In this document: positions 9,422 to 18,900 of the stretch, in pieces
Numbering within the stretch: the first letter of the stretch is position 1
How the letters are laid out: each line of letters starts with the position of its first letter
From: an uncultured Candidatus Saccharibacteria bacterium
GTDB lineage: Bacteria > Patescibacteriota > Saccharimonadia > Saccharimonadales > EFPC-124
Assembly (NCBI GenBank): GCA_965225085.1
Contig: CBDDBE010000002.1
Coordinates: forward strand, 6,014-70,013
Direction of reading: 5' to 3'
DNA length: 64,000 nucleotides
The notes under the pieces: model-generated
The model's input: the letters and a program-made list of their open reading frames with translations, nothing else
Told to the model about the DNA's origin: nothing
Databases searched by the model: none
Position numbers and translations under genes: made by a program

Positions 9422-9431
9422 GACCTGCAGT

Positions 9432-9650
9432 ATGATCCAAGTAACTCGTAAAGACCCACAAGAAGCCAACGAAAACCTTATTCGTCGTTTTAACCGCAAA
9501 GTCCAGCAATCCGGCGTTGTCGCTCGGGTAAAGGCTCTTCAATATTTTGAAAAGCCTATCAGCAAGACAGAGCGACGCAAGAAAGCGATTATTCGTAAGG
9601 CTCGCAAAGCGGACAAGCTCAAGCGTATTCGCCTTGGTGTGGGGCGTTAA
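9432..9650 (+). CDS. rpsU: 30S ribosomal protein S21
   Basis: MIQVTRKDPQEANENLIRRFNRKVQQSGV...ERRKKAIIRKARK. The long upstream part of ORF 9267-9650 was rejected. Confidence 0.9.
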   Translation: MIQVTRKDPQEANENLIRRFNRKVQQSGVVARVKALQYFEKPISKTERRKKAIIRKARKADKLKRIRLGVGR

Positions 9651-10096
9651 TGCTCGAAGCCAAGCTTGACGCGGATATCAAGCAAGCACTCCTCGGCGGC
9701 GACAAGCCTCGCGCCGAGGTTTTGCGTGGTCTGAAGAGCGCCTTCCTGTACGAGAAGGTCGCAAAAGGCCTGCGCGAAGTAGGCCTCGACGACGAGCAGG
9801 CTCTTGTTATTATTACGCGCGAAGCCAAAAAACGCACCGAAAGCGCCGACCTATATGCCAAGGCTGGCGCCCAAGATCGAGCCGACAAAGAGCTAAGCGA
9901 GCGAGCAGTCCTTGAGGAATATTTGCCTCAGCAACTGAGCGATGAAGAACTTGATGCCGTTGTCGGGGAAGTTGTAGCTTCTATGGGTCAGGATGCACAG
10001 CTCGGTCGCGTGATCGGCGAAGTGCGCCAGAAAGTTGGCGTCAGCGCTAACGGTGGCCGCATAGCTGCAGCGGTAAAGGCTAGACTAGGGTCCTAA
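9650..10096 (+). CDS. GatB/YqeY domain protein
   Basis: LKSAFLYEKVAKG...ITREAKKRTESADLYAKAG..DRADKELSE..LEEYLPQQLS is the typical YqeY pattern. TAATG overlap with rpsU. Confidence 0.8.
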   Translation: MLEAKLDADIKQALLGGDKPRAEVLRGLKSAFLYEKVAKGLREVGLDDEQALVIITREAKKRTESADLYAKAGAQDRADKELSERAVLEEYLPQQLSDEELDAVVGEVVASMGQDAQLGRVIGEVRQKVGVSANGGRIAAAVKARLGS

Positions 10097-10111
10097 GGGT
10101 AGGGAAACGAT

Positions 10112-10657
10112 ATGATTATATTTTTTGGCCCTCCGGGATCGGGTAAAAGCGTACAGGGTCAGCTACTGGCTGCGCGCCATGGCTGGCGCTGGCTGAGCAC
10201 TGGCCAATTGCTACGCGAAACAAGCAACGTCGAGATCATCGCCAAAATGCGCAAAGGCACTATGGTCAATGATGATCTGGTGAATCATGTGGTCGACGAG
10301 GCGCTACATCGCGCCAAGGACCTCGACCATATTATTATCGACGGCTATCCGCGCCACGTCGAGCAAGCAAAATGGCTGCTCGACCTGCTGCCAAAACATC
10401 AGCGTGAGATAGAAGCCGTTATCATCCTCGACGTCGACGACAATGAAATACTGCACCGCCTAGAGATCCGAGGTCGGTTGGATGATGCGCCCGACATCGT
10501 ACGCAAACGACTGCAGGAATACCGCGAGAAAGCTCAGCCAGTTATTGATTTTTTGAAGTCCAAAGACATTCATGTCGAGAAAATTAATGGCGTGGGAAGT
10601 GTTGGCACGATCCACGATCGTATCCAAGAGGTGATCGAGAAGTGTTCACTCGCGTAA
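10112..10657 (+). CDS. adk: Adenylate kinase (short form)
   Basis: P-loop GPPGSGKS, followed by STGQLLRE and IIDGYPR. Confidence 0.9.
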   Translation: MIIFFGPPGSGKSVQGQLLAARHGWRWLSTGQLLRETSNVEIIAKMRKGTMVNDDLVNHVVDEALHRAKDLDHIIIDGYPRHVEQAKWLLDLLPKHQREIEAVIILDVDDNEILHRLEIRGRLDDAPDIVRKRLQEYREKAQPVIDFLKSKDIHVEKINGVGSVGTIHDRIQEVIEKCSLA

Positions 10658-11397
10658 AAACACCGCAAGAGATTGAGCGAATGCGCGTCGCCGGGGGGAT
10701 GCTCGCCCATGTCCTTCAGATGATTAGCCGCGATGTGCGTACGGGCATGAGCGGTAAAGATATATCCGACATGGCGAAGCGCGAGCTCAAATCCTTGGGT
10801 GGCGAGCCGAGCTTTTTGGGCTACGGCGGCTTCCCGGACATTATATGTATATCGGTCAATGATGAAGTAGTGCACGGGATTCCGACCAGCAAACCATTTA
10901 CCGCAGGCGACTTGGTTAGCTTTGACTTTGGCGTCACGTATGAGGGCATGGTAACTGACAGTGCATTTAGTATGTTCATTGGTGCTGCACCATCAAATAA
11001 TGCCGAACGATTGCTCCATGCGACTGAGCGATCGATGTACGCTGGTATAGATACACTGAAGAATGGCGTACGCGTTGGTGATATTGCATCTGCGATCGAG
11101 CAGGTGCTGAAGCGCGAGAGCCTAGGTATCATCCGTGAGTTAGTGGGGCATGGCGTGGGGCACAACCTGCACGAGGATCCAAACATCCCCAACTACGGCG
11201 TCGCAGGTACTGGACCAAAATTGAGTTCAGGCATGACAATCGCTATTGAGCCTATGGCGACGTTAGGTGCTCACGATATCAGTGTAGACGCCGACGGCTG
11301 GACTATCCGCACCCGGGATGGCAGCCTGAGCGCACACTTTGAACACACGATTTTGATCACCGATACTGGACATGAGATCCTGACTGCCTGGAAGTAA
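10642..11397 (+). CDS. map: Methionine aminopeptidase type I
   Basis: VHGIP, the FDFG..YEGMVTDSA metal ligands, HGVGH, EPM and EHT. GTG start overlaps the adk end. Confidence 0.9.
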   Translation: MFTRVKTPQEIERMRVAGGMLAHVLQMISRDVRTGMSGKDISDMAKRELKSLGGEPSFLGYGGFPDIICISVNDEVVHGIPTSKPFTAGDLVSFDFGVTYEGMVTDSAFSMFIGAAPSNNAERLLHATERSMYAGIDTLKNGVRVGDIASAIEQVLKRESLGIIRELVGHGVGHNLHEDPNIPNYGVAGTGPKLSSGMTIAIEPMATLGAHDISVDADGWTIRTRDGSLSAHFEHTILITDTGHEILTAWK

Positions 11398-11468
11398 CCT
11401 CCCTCAACTGACAGATTGAGCCCTCTGGGTGTTGCTCGATACCGACCGTAAGCGGTATACTTGTTCTT

Positions 11469-12731
11469 ATGCAGGAAATGTCTCGTTATGGCATCGGAAT
11501 CGATGTGGGTACGACCACGGTTCGTTGTGTGGTTGGTCATGTTGATGATAGCTCGATGACGCCGAATATTGTTGGGGTAGGCGAAGCGCCAAATACTGGG
11601 ATGCGCAAGGGTATCGTCGTTAATATTGTTAACGTTGCGCAGGCTATCGACAAGGCGTTGGAAGATGCCGAGCGAATGTCGGGCCACCAGGTTCACAACG
11701 CCTCCATCAATATTAATGGTGCGCATATTGCCGCCATGGCCTCGAGGGGCGTAGTTGCGGTAGGCGCCCAAAATCATGAAATTACCGAAGATGACCTGGC
11801 CAGAGCCGAAGAGGCTGCGACGGTCGTGCAACTGCCGGCAAATCGCGAGATTTTGCAGGTGACCCCGCGTAGTTACCAACTGGATGGGCAAGAGAATATC
11901 AAGGATCCACTCGGCATGAGTGGCATCCGGCTAGAGGTTGATACGCATGTCATCACGGCGCTGACCCCCCATGTGAAGAATTTGCTCAAAGCCATAGAGA
12001 TGACCGAAACCGCACCGCGCGTGGTGATGGTGTCCGGCTTGGCTTCGGCTCGAGCTGTGCTTACCCAGCAACAGATGGAAAACGGTGTTGCCGTTATCGA
12101 TCTTGGTGGTACAACGACCAGTATCGCCGTGTACGAGGAAGGCGACTTGCAGCATCTCTCTATTTTGCCCATTGGCAGCATGAATATCACCAATGATCTT
12201 GCGATTGGCCTTCGCACCGACCTGGATGTCGCCGAGGAAATAAAATTATCCCATGCGTCGGCTATTCCGCATAGCGGCAAAGACAAGCCGAAAGAGATCG
12301 AACTGACCCACAACGGCGAGAAGCTCACCTTTAAGGTGAAGGAAATCGATATGATTGTCGAGGCCAGGCTAGAGGAGATTATGGAGCTAGTCGACAAAGA
12401 GCTGAAGCAAATTGATCGATCCGGCAAATTGCCCGGCGGTATCGTGTTAGCTGGCGGTGGCGCCAACCTAAAGGGTATTGCTGATTTTGCGAAGGATGCG
12501 CTGCGGCTCCCGGTACGCATTGCCAAATTTGCAGAAATGAGTGGTGTCAGTGATAAGATCAGCCGACCTGAGTTTTCTGCCGCGCTAGGACTCATGATGC
12601 TCGACTTTGAAAAAGAACGCCAGGTGGTAGGCGGCGACCCAGCAAAGAAGAAGCCGGGTGCTTCGTCATCACAAGGCCTGGGTAATTTTGTTGAGCGGGC
12701 ACAATCGCTGTTCAAGAAGTTCAAAGCGTAG
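11469..12731 (+). CDS. ftsA: Cell division protein FtsA
   Basis: Actin-like GIDVGTTTVRCVVG, DLGGTTTSIAV and VLAGGGANLKGI. Adjacent to ftsZ. Confidence 0.9.
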   Translation: MQEMSRYGIGIDVGTTTVRCVVGHVDDSSMTPNIVGVGEAPNTGMRKGIVVNIVNVAQAIDKALEDAERMSGHQVHNASININGAHIAAMASRGVVAVGAQNHEITEDDLARAEEAATVVQLPANREILQVTPRSYQLDGQENIKDPLGMSGIRLEVDTHVITALTPHVKNLLKAIEMTETAPRVVMVSGLASARAVLTQQQMENGVAVIDLGGTTTSIAVYEEGDLQHLSILPIGSMNITNDLAIGLRTDLDVAEEIKLSHASAIPHSGKDKPKEIELTHNGEKLTFKVKEIDMIVEARLEEIMELVDKELKQIDRSGKLPGGIVLAGGGANLKGIADFAKDALRLPVRIAKFAEMSGVSDKISRPEFSAALGLMMLDFEKERQVVGGDPAKKKPGASSSQGLGNFVERAQSLFKKFKA

Positions 12732-12820
12732 GAAGCCCACTACTGATACCTTGCATAAGAGTTTGGCGCAGGCCAAAACTACGTGTATACTAATTGTGAA
12801 CAAGCAAGGAATATGAACGT

Positions 12821-14029
12821 ATGCCCGAAGTAAAACCAGCCGACATTCAGACATTTGCAACTATTAAGGTCGTTGGAGTTGGCGGCGCCGGTGGTGCTGC
12901 CATCAATCGCATGGTTGACGCGGGCGTTACTGGCGTTGAGTTTATTGCGGTTAACACTGACGCGCAGGCACTGCACAATTCCAAAGCACAACAAAAAATC
13001 CACATTGGCCGGGAAACTACTCGAGGCCTCGGTGCCGGCGCCGACCCATCTGTCGGGCAAAAGGCCGCCGAAGAATCTCGCGACGAAATTATGAAAGCGC
13101 TTCAGGGTGCCGACCTTGTCTTTATCACTATTGGCGCCGGTGGCGGCACGGGCAGCGGCGCTGGCCACGTCGTGGCTGAGGTTGCGAACGAGATGGGCAT
13201 ATTGGTTGTTGGCGTCGCGACCAAGCCGTTTAGCTTTGAAGGCGACAAGCGACGCAAGAATGCAGAGTGGGCCATTACCAAGCTTGGCCAATCTGTTGAC
13301 ACGCTTATCACCATCCCTAACGATCGGTTGCTTCAGACGATTGATCGCCGTACGCCACTCCTCGAAACGTTCAAGATCGCCGATGACGTCCTGCGTCAAG
13401 GCGTCCAAGGGATCTCTGAGCTCATTACCGAGCATGGGCTTATTAACCTCGATTTTGCTGACGTTAAAACGATTATGCAACACGCAGGCAGCGCACTGAT
13501 GGGTATCGGGCGGGCTAGCGGCGAGAATCGTGCCGTACAGGCAGCACAACAGGCTATTGAATCGCCGCTGCTCGAGGTGTCTATCGACGGCGCCAGGGGT
13601 GTGTTGTTCAATATAACCGGTGGTTACGACATGTCGATGCACGAAATCAACGAGGCTGCCGAGGTTATCACCAATGCGGTTGCTCCAGACGCCAACATTA
13701 TCTTTGGCGCAACGCTGAAGCCTGAGCTTGAGGACGAGCTAGTTATTACGGTTATTGCAACAGGGTTTGACTCGGCCTATTTCCAGGCACGCAATAGTGT
13801 CGAGCCTGACACCGTGGCGAACGTCCCGGCCGCCAACAACGCAACCGATGAAGTAAAAGAAGAAGACATCAAAACGTTCGACATGAACCTAGATGACGAA
13901 TCAAAGAAGCCCTCAGGCTTCACTGATGACGATGATCACCCCAAGAATATCTGGAATTACGACGACGAAGCTGACACACCTGCTTTTTTGCGCCGCCGCA
14001 AGAAGGAAGAAGAGCCCGAGACAGAGTAG
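12821..14029 (+). CDS. ftsZ: Cell division GTPase FtsZ
   Basis: [13 protein letters not shown] and the tubulin signature GGGTGSGA. Acidic C-terminal tail. Confidence 0.95.
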   Translation: MPEVKPADIQTFATIKVVGVGGAGGAAINRMVDAGVTGVEFIAVNTDAQALHNSKAQQKIHIGRETTRGLGAGADPSVGQKAAEESRDEIMKALQGADLVFITIGAGGGTGSGAGHVVAEVANEMGILVVGVATKPFSFEGDKRRKNAEWAITKLGQSVDTLITIPNDRLLQTIDRRTPLLETFKIADDVLRQGVQGISELITEHGLINLDFADVKTIMQHAGSALMGIGRASGENRAVQAAQQAIESPLLEVSIDGARGVLFNITGGYDMSMHEINEAAEVITNAVAPDANIIFGATLKPELEDELVITVIATGFDSAYFQARNSVEPDTVANVPAANNATDEVKEEDIKTFDMNLDDESKKPSGFTDDDDHPKNIWNYDDEADTPAFLRRRKKEEEPETE

Positions 14030-14085
14030 CCCGGTATTCTGGCTGAGGTGAACGAGCTACGGGAACTGCAGTTTGTATAGCGGCC

Positions 14086-14135
14086 CCACACTATATGTTG
14101 TACTAAGTACACTTGCGTCGGCCTATATATGGGGC
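14086..14135 (+). promoter_or_regulatory. Two tandem NrdR-box-like sites upstream of nrdR-nrdJ
   Basis: CCACACTATATGTTGT (14086-14101) and GCCTATATATGGGGC (14121-14135) resemble the NrdR box acaCwAtATaTwgtgt. Centres are about 32 bp apart. Confidence 0.5.
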
Positions 14136-14243
14136 TTATAGTACGTATTAGCTACATCGCACGTGGCGAGAGACGAGCGGGCGTGTAGAGGTCGGAGCTG
14201 GTTGTCAGCGTTAAAAATGTCGAAGGTAGGGTTACCACAACAA

Positions 14244-14735
14244 ATGAAGTGTCCAAACTGTCAGCAAATAGATACGAAAGTCATCGAATCTCGCGACGTG
14301 TCCAACGGCGAAAGCATTCGGCGACGGCGCGAATGTTTGAGCTGCCAGTATCGTTACACCACGTATGAGCGTTTGGAGCGTCCGTGCATCACTATTATTA
14401 AAAAGGATGGCACGCGCCAATTGTATGATCGGTCGAAGCTCGTCGCAGGTCTGCAGAAAGCTTGCGAAAAGACGACCATCACGGGGGTCGAGTTTGAAGA
14501 ATTGGTGTCACGAATAGAGAAGGCAATCTACGATGCAGGTGAGCTCGAGATGAGTTCGCACCACATTGGAACGATTGTCATGGACTCTTTGGCGGACGAA
14601 AACCAAATCGCCTACGTGCGGTTTGCCAGCGTCTACCGTAACTTTAGCGATATAGAAAGCTTCGAACGTGAACTTTCTCGTATCAAGACCCAGAACGCAC
14701 ACGAACCAAGCACCATAAAAAACAAAACTATTTAA
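14244..14735 (+). CDS. nrdR: Transcriptional repressor NrdR
   Basis: MKCPNCQQIDTKVIESR...RRRECLSC zinc ribbon plus an ATP-cone. Start trimmed to the conserved MKCP. Confidence 0.9.
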   Translation: MKCPNCQQIDTKVIESRDVSNGESIRRRRECLSCQYRYTTYERLERPCITIIKKDGTRQLYDRSKLVAGLQKACEKTTITGVEFEELVSRIEKAIYDAGELEMSSHHIGTIVMDSLADENQIAYVRFASVYRNFSDIESFERELSRIKTQNAHEPSTIKNKTI

Positions 14736-14744
14736 AATACATCC

Positions 14745-14835
14745 GGCGAGTACGAGCAGTTGTCACTATGAGGGTAGATTGACAACTGCGATATTCCTTA
14801 GCGCTGCTTTTGCGAGCGTTATTTGGGTACTCGTC
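14745..14835 (+). other. Structured 5' leader of nrdJ (three-helix arrangement)
   Basis: P1 GGCGAGTAC(14745-53)/GTACTCGTC(14827-35). P2 is a perfect 10-bp stem GCAGTTGTCA/TGACAACTGC (14756-89). P3 CGCTGC-UUUU-GCGAGCG (14802-18). SD AAGGAGGG follows. Confidence 0.3.
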
Positions 14836-14860
14836 GTAACCATTTAAGGAGGGTTTAGCA

Positions 14861-17629
14861 ATGGCGCAGAACACTGCGGCGTTATCTCTAACGCGTCATT
14901 TTACAGAGGCGGGCGTGCACCCGTACGACATGCTTGCGTGGGAGAGCCGGGATGCGGCTATCGTCAATCCGGTCACTGGCAAGACGGCTTTCGAGCAGAA
15001 GCAAGTTGAGTTTCCGGACACATGGTCGCTAAACGCAATCAATATTGTTTCGCAGAAGTATTTCACAGGTACGCCTGGTACCGCCCAGCGCGAAAAGTCG
15101 CTAAAACAGCTAATTGACCGTGTCGCGGACACTATTACGAAGTATGGCTATGAGCAAGGTTATTTCATTGGCGAGGCCGAGGCGGATATTTTCAACCACG
15201 AACTGAAGTACATCCTTGCTACTCAGCGTGCATCATTTAACTCACCGGTATGGTTTAACATTGGGGCGCTGCAGCGTGCACAACAGGCGAGTGCGTGTTT
15301 TATCCTTGAGGTGGAGGACACGATGCAGTCCATCCTGAACTGGTACCGCGAGGAGGGCATGATCTTCAAGGGCGGTTCTGGCGCTGGCCTAAATATCAGC
15401 ACTATTCGGAGCTCGTACGAGCCGCTTAGCAGCTCGGGCGGCAAGGCTTCTGGCCCCTTAAGCTTTATGCGCGGGGCAGACAGCTCGGCCGGTGCGATCA
15501 AGAGCGGCGGTAAGACACGCCGTGCTGCCAAGATGGTTATCCTGAATGTCGATCATCCCGACATTGAGGAGTTCATCCAGTCCAAAGCGCGCGAAGAGCG
15601 CAAGGCAAAAGTGTTGGTTGAAGCAGGCTTTGATATGGGCCTGAACGGTCAGGATTCTATCTCGATTCAGTATCAGAACGCCAACAATTCCGTTCGCGTA
15701 ACCGACGACTTTATGAAGGCCGTCGAAGACGACAAAGACTGGAAGCTGGTAGGCGTGCGTGACAAGAAGGTGTACAAGACCGTCAAAGCCCGCAAGCTGT
15801 GGCGCGAAATCGCCCAGGCAGCGTGGGAATGTGCTGACCCTGGCGTGCAGTACGACACGACTATCAACGACTGGCATACAACGCCAAAGGCGGGCCGCAT
15901 CGAAGGTAGTAACCCATGTTCGGAATACATGCACCTTAATAATTCGGCTTGTAACCTGGCCAGCATCAACCTGCTGAAGTTCCTGAACGATGACGGCACA
16001 TACGACATTGAAGCCTTCAAGCACACTGTCGAGGTTATCTTCCTGGCTCAGGAAATCCTCGTCGGCTACAGCGAATACCCAACCGAAGCTATCGACAAAA
16101 ATGCCAAAGCATATCGCGAGCTCGGCCTTGGCTACGCAAACCTCGGTGCGCTTTTGATGGCCCAGGGCCTGCCATACGATTCAGCGGAAGGTCGCGCTCA
16201 GGCGGCTGCCATTACCGCGCTGATGACCGGCTATGCCTACGCCACCAGCGCCAAAATTGCCAAGCGAGTCGGGCCATTTGCCGGCTATAACAAGGATCGC
16301 GACGGCATGAACCGCGTACTGCGCAAACACCGTGATGCCATCCGCGAGATTGACGCCAGCCTCGTCAGCGAAGACCTGTTGAGCGCTGCAGCTAGTTCGT
16401 GGGACGAGGCGGTTGAGCTGGGCGAGAAGTATGGCGTGCGTAATTCGCAGGCCAGCCTGTTGGCACCAACCGGCACCATTGGGTTTATGATGGACTGCGA
16501 CACGACAGGCATCGAGCCCGATTTTGCACTCACCAAATTCAAAACATTGGTGGGCGGTGGATCGATGGTCATTGTGAACCAGACAGTGCCTCGTGCGCTC
16601 AAGACGTTGGGCTACACCAAGGCTCAGGCTGACGAGATAGTAGCGTACATCCACGACAATTCTACCGTCGTTGGTGCGCCACATCTTCGCCCCGAGCACC
16701 TCGAGGTATTTGCCTGCGCAGTCGGCGAAAATGCCATTCATTACCTTGGCCACGTCAAGATGATGGGCGCGGTCCAACCGTTCCTGAGTGGTGCTATCAG
16801 CAAGACGGTCAACATGCCCGAGAACGTAACGGTGGAAGACGTCGAACAGTTGCACCTCGACTCATGGAAGCTCGGCCTCAAGGCGGTTGCCATCTACCGC
16901 GACAACTGCAAAGCCTGGCAGCCACTCAGCGACAAGAAGTCTACCGACGACAAAAAGTCAGCCGAAGCCGTCCCTCCAACGCAGGTTGTGGTGAAGGCCA
17001 TGAAGCGCGAGCTTCCCCGTACGCGTACCAGCCGAACATTCGAGTTCCACATTGCCGACCTCAAGGGATTTGTGACCGTAGGCGAATACGAGGACGGAAC
17101 CCCAGGTGAGCTATTTGTCCGCGTCGCCAAGCAGGGCTCAACCCTGAGCGGCCTAATGGACAGCTTTGCTATCAGCGTCAGCCACGGCTTGCAGTATGGT
17201 GTGCCGCTGAAGAGCTATGTTCGTACGCTCAGCAATATGAGCTTTGCACCGTCGGGCATTACCGATGACCCAGAGATTCGCACGGCCAGCAGCCTGGTTG
17301 ATTACATCTTCCGACGATTGGCGCGGGATTACCTGAGTTTTGATGATCGATTGGAGCTCGGCCTAGCTAGCTTTGACGACCTAGAGGCCGAGACGCAGGC
17401 CAATCAGCCAAGCCTGCTTGACCAGCCAAGCGTTGCATCAAAGATAGTCGATGAAGAACCCAAGGCCAGTGCCAAGCCCAAGGTTGTAGCGACTGAAGCG
17501 AGCAAGCCCCAGAAGTACATCATCAGCGAGACCACCGCACCGCTGTGCCACGCCTGTGGCAACCAAACCCAACGGGCTGGTAGCTGCTATGTATGCAGCT
17601 CGTGCGGGGCAACCAGCGGGTGTAGCTAA
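14861..17629 (+). CDS. nrdJ: Class II (adenosylcobalamin-dependent) ribonucleotide reductase
   Basis: 922 aa. Active-site NPCSEY, the typical class II N-terminus and a C-terminal CHACG...CYVCSSCG tail. Confidence 0.9.
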   Translation: MAQNTAALSLTRHFTEAGVHPYDMLAWESRDAAIVNPVTGKTAFEQKQVEFPDTWSLNAINIVSQKYFTGTPGTAQREKSLKQLIDRVADTITKYGYEQGYFIGEAEADIFNHELKYILATQRASFNSPVWFNIGALQRAQQASACFILEVEDTMQSILNWYREEGMIFKGGSGAGLNISTIRSSYEPLSSSGGKASGPLSFMRGADSSAGAIKSGGKTRRAAKMVILNVDHPDIEEFIQSKAREERKAKVLVEAGFDMGLNGQDSISIQYQNANNSVRVTDDFMKAVEDDKDWKLVGVRDKKVYKTVKARKLWREIAQAAWECADPGVQYDTTINDWHTTPKAGRIEGSNPCSEYMHLNNSACNLASINLLKFLNDDGTYDIEAFKHTVEVIFLAQEILVGYSEYPTEAIDKNAKAYRELGLGYANLGALLMAQGLPYDSAEGRAQAAAITALMTGYAYATSAKIAKRVGPFAGYNKDRDGMNRVLRKHRDAIREIDASLVSEDLLSAAASSWDEAVELGEKYGVRNSQASLLAPTGTIGFMMDCDTTGIEPDFALTKFKTLVGGGSMVIVNQTVPRALKTLGYTKAQADEIVAYIHDNSTVVGAPHLRPEHLEVFACAVGENAIHYLGHVKMMGAVQPFLSGAISKTVNMPENVTVEDVEQLHLDSWKLGLKAVAIYRDNCKAWQPLSDKKSTDDKKSAEAVPPTQVVVKAMKRELPRTRTSRTFEFHIADLKGFVTVGEYEDGTPGELFVRVAKQGSTLSGLMDSFAISVSHGLQYGVPLKSYVRTLSNMSFAPSGITDDPEIRTASSLVDYIFRRLARDYLSFDDRLELGLASFDDLEAETQANQPSLLDQPSVASKIVDEEPKASAKPKVVATEASKPQKYIISETTAPLCHACGNQTQRAGSCYVCSSCGATSGCS

Positions 17630-17650
17630 AAGCCCAGCCCCCTAAAAGCA

Positions 17651-17683
17651 AAAAACCTGCCCGCATTCCGCAAGCAGGTTTTT
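17651..17683. terminator. Bidirectional hairpin terminator between nrdJ and the convergent 92-aa gene
   Basis: AAAAACCTGC...GCAGGTTTTT, with A/T runs on both sides. Confidence 0.6.
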
Positions 17684-17711
17684 GCTTACAGCGGGATGGA
17701 GCAGGAATAAG

Positions 17712-17990
17712 CTACCGGATGACAAAGGTTGCGACGTACGGTTGTTCGTCGACGTCGACGGGTGGGTATGCGTAGCCGAATTGTACTCGAACGCTGCCGT
17801 CGATGTTGCACGCCTCTGGATCCTGTGCCAGCCCCATCGCTTGGCCCTCTCTGAGGCACGGCGTAGCTATAGTTGGGCCGAACTCCGTTCCGAGTTCATT
17901 GAAGCCCCAGAAAACCACAATCCATTTGTCGGGGTAGCTCTCGGGCCGTGGAGGGTGTTGGACGGCGCGTCCGAAGGTGACGGGTCTCAC
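17712..17990 (-). CDS. Hypothetical 92-aa protein
   Basis: GTG start behind AAGGAG. Predicted beta-rich. No family recognised. Sits alone on the opposite strand from its neighbours. Confidence 0.45.
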   Translation of the reverse strand: MRPVTFGRAVQHPPRPESYPDKWIVVFWGFNELGTEFGPTIATPCLREGQAMGLAQDPEACNIDGSVRVQFGYAYPPVDVDEQPYVATFVIR

Positions 17991-18078
17991 GCTGACTCCT
18001 TATCTCGATGCAGTCTGGATTGAAGCTGATTATACTGTTAGTTCTGTATCTGTCAACTGTACGGTATACTAGAGGGTA

Positions 18079-18342
18079 ATGAAAGCAATGCTCCTATACC
18101 GACCCAACTCCGAGCACGAGCGCATGGCGGAGGAATACGTTCGCGATTTTGCCAGGCATACGGGCAAGGAGCTGCCGACGGTTAATGTCGATACACCGGA
18201 CGGGTCCTACTTGGCGCAGGTATACGACATCGTGAAATTTCCGAGCATTGTCGCGACTGACGACGAAGGGAAGCTGCTGCAGTCGTGGAGCGATGATATG
18301 CTGCCACGGTTTGACGAAGTGAGCTTTTACGTCCAGGGTTAA
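18079..18342 (+). CDS. Small thioredoxin-fold-like protein without cysteines
   Basis: 87 aa with a KFPSIVATDDEGKLL pattern like Trx beta3-beta4. Contains no Cys. Fold call is tentative. Confidence 0.45.
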   Translation: MKAMLLYRPNSEHERMAEEYVRDFARHTGKELPTVNVDTPDGSYLAQVYDIVKFPSIVATDDEGKLLQSWSDDMLPRFDEVSFYVQG

Positions 18343-18345
18343 CGC

Positions 18346-18900
18346 ATGATTCAGACCGAGCTCGAACTGACATATCTGGCCCGCACGATACCGGATGGGC
18401 TGGCGGACTGCCCGTCAAAGTTGATCGTGGATGTGTATTATCCGGCTGCTGAATTACATCCACGCCTGCGTATTCGCCAACGTGGTGATCAATACGAAAT
18501 TACCAAAAAGGCCTTGGCGCACGGCACCGATTCATCGCACTTGATAGAGCACACTATTGAGCTGACTCGGGAAGAGTTCGAAGCGCTGACTCAGACTCCG
18601 GGCAGACGCGTGGCAAAACGTCGTTACCTATACGATTATCGTGGTCGCACTGCCGAGATTGATGTTTTCGAGGGTGACCTGGCGGGGCTGGTCGAAGTTG
18701 ATTTCGAATTCACTGACCGCGACGCGCAGTTGGCCTTTCAGATGCCGGATTTCTGCCTGGCCGACGTAACCCAAGAGGCCTTTGCGGCTGGCGGAAAGCT
18801 GGCAGGTAAGGCCTACGCCGACATCCAACAGGAGCTCGACCGATACGGATACACGCCATTATATTTGAAAGGGGAGCGTGATGACGCTCGGCATATTTAG
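18346..18900 (+). CDS. CYTH-domain protein (triphosphate tunnel family)
   Basis: N-terminal ELELTYL (ExExK-like), RIRQRGDQYEITKK and the acidic strand VEVDFEF. Confidence 0.6.
   Translation: MIQTELELTYLARTIPDGLADCPSKLIVDVYYPAAELHPRLRIRQRGDQYEITKKALAHGTDSSHLIEHTIELTREEFEALTQTPGRRVAKRRYLYDYRGRTAEIDVFEGDLAGLVEVDFEFTDRDAQLAFQMPDFCLADVTQEAFAAGGKLAGKAYADIQQELDRYGYTPLYLKGERDDARHI

Noticed and set aside
11873-13642. Long minus-strand ORFs 11873-12724 (283 aa) and 12779-13642 (287 aa), antisense to ftsA and ftsZ. Similar antisense ORFs are 4343-5080, 16181-16855, 21864-22544, 24569-25300, 27377-28114, 34696-35505, 45703-46374 and 47711-48307.
   Set aside because: Each lies entirely opposite a gene with unmistakable family motifs. 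Their translations are low-complexity or Ser/Arg-rich with no motifs, which is typical of shadow ORFs in moderately GC-rich coding DNA.
14736-14860. Possible cobalamin riboswitch in front of the B12-dependent nrdJ.
   Set aside because: I could not see a B12-box-like core or the usual GCCACUG-type motifs, and the leader is too short (125 nt). It is kept only as an unclassified structured leader.
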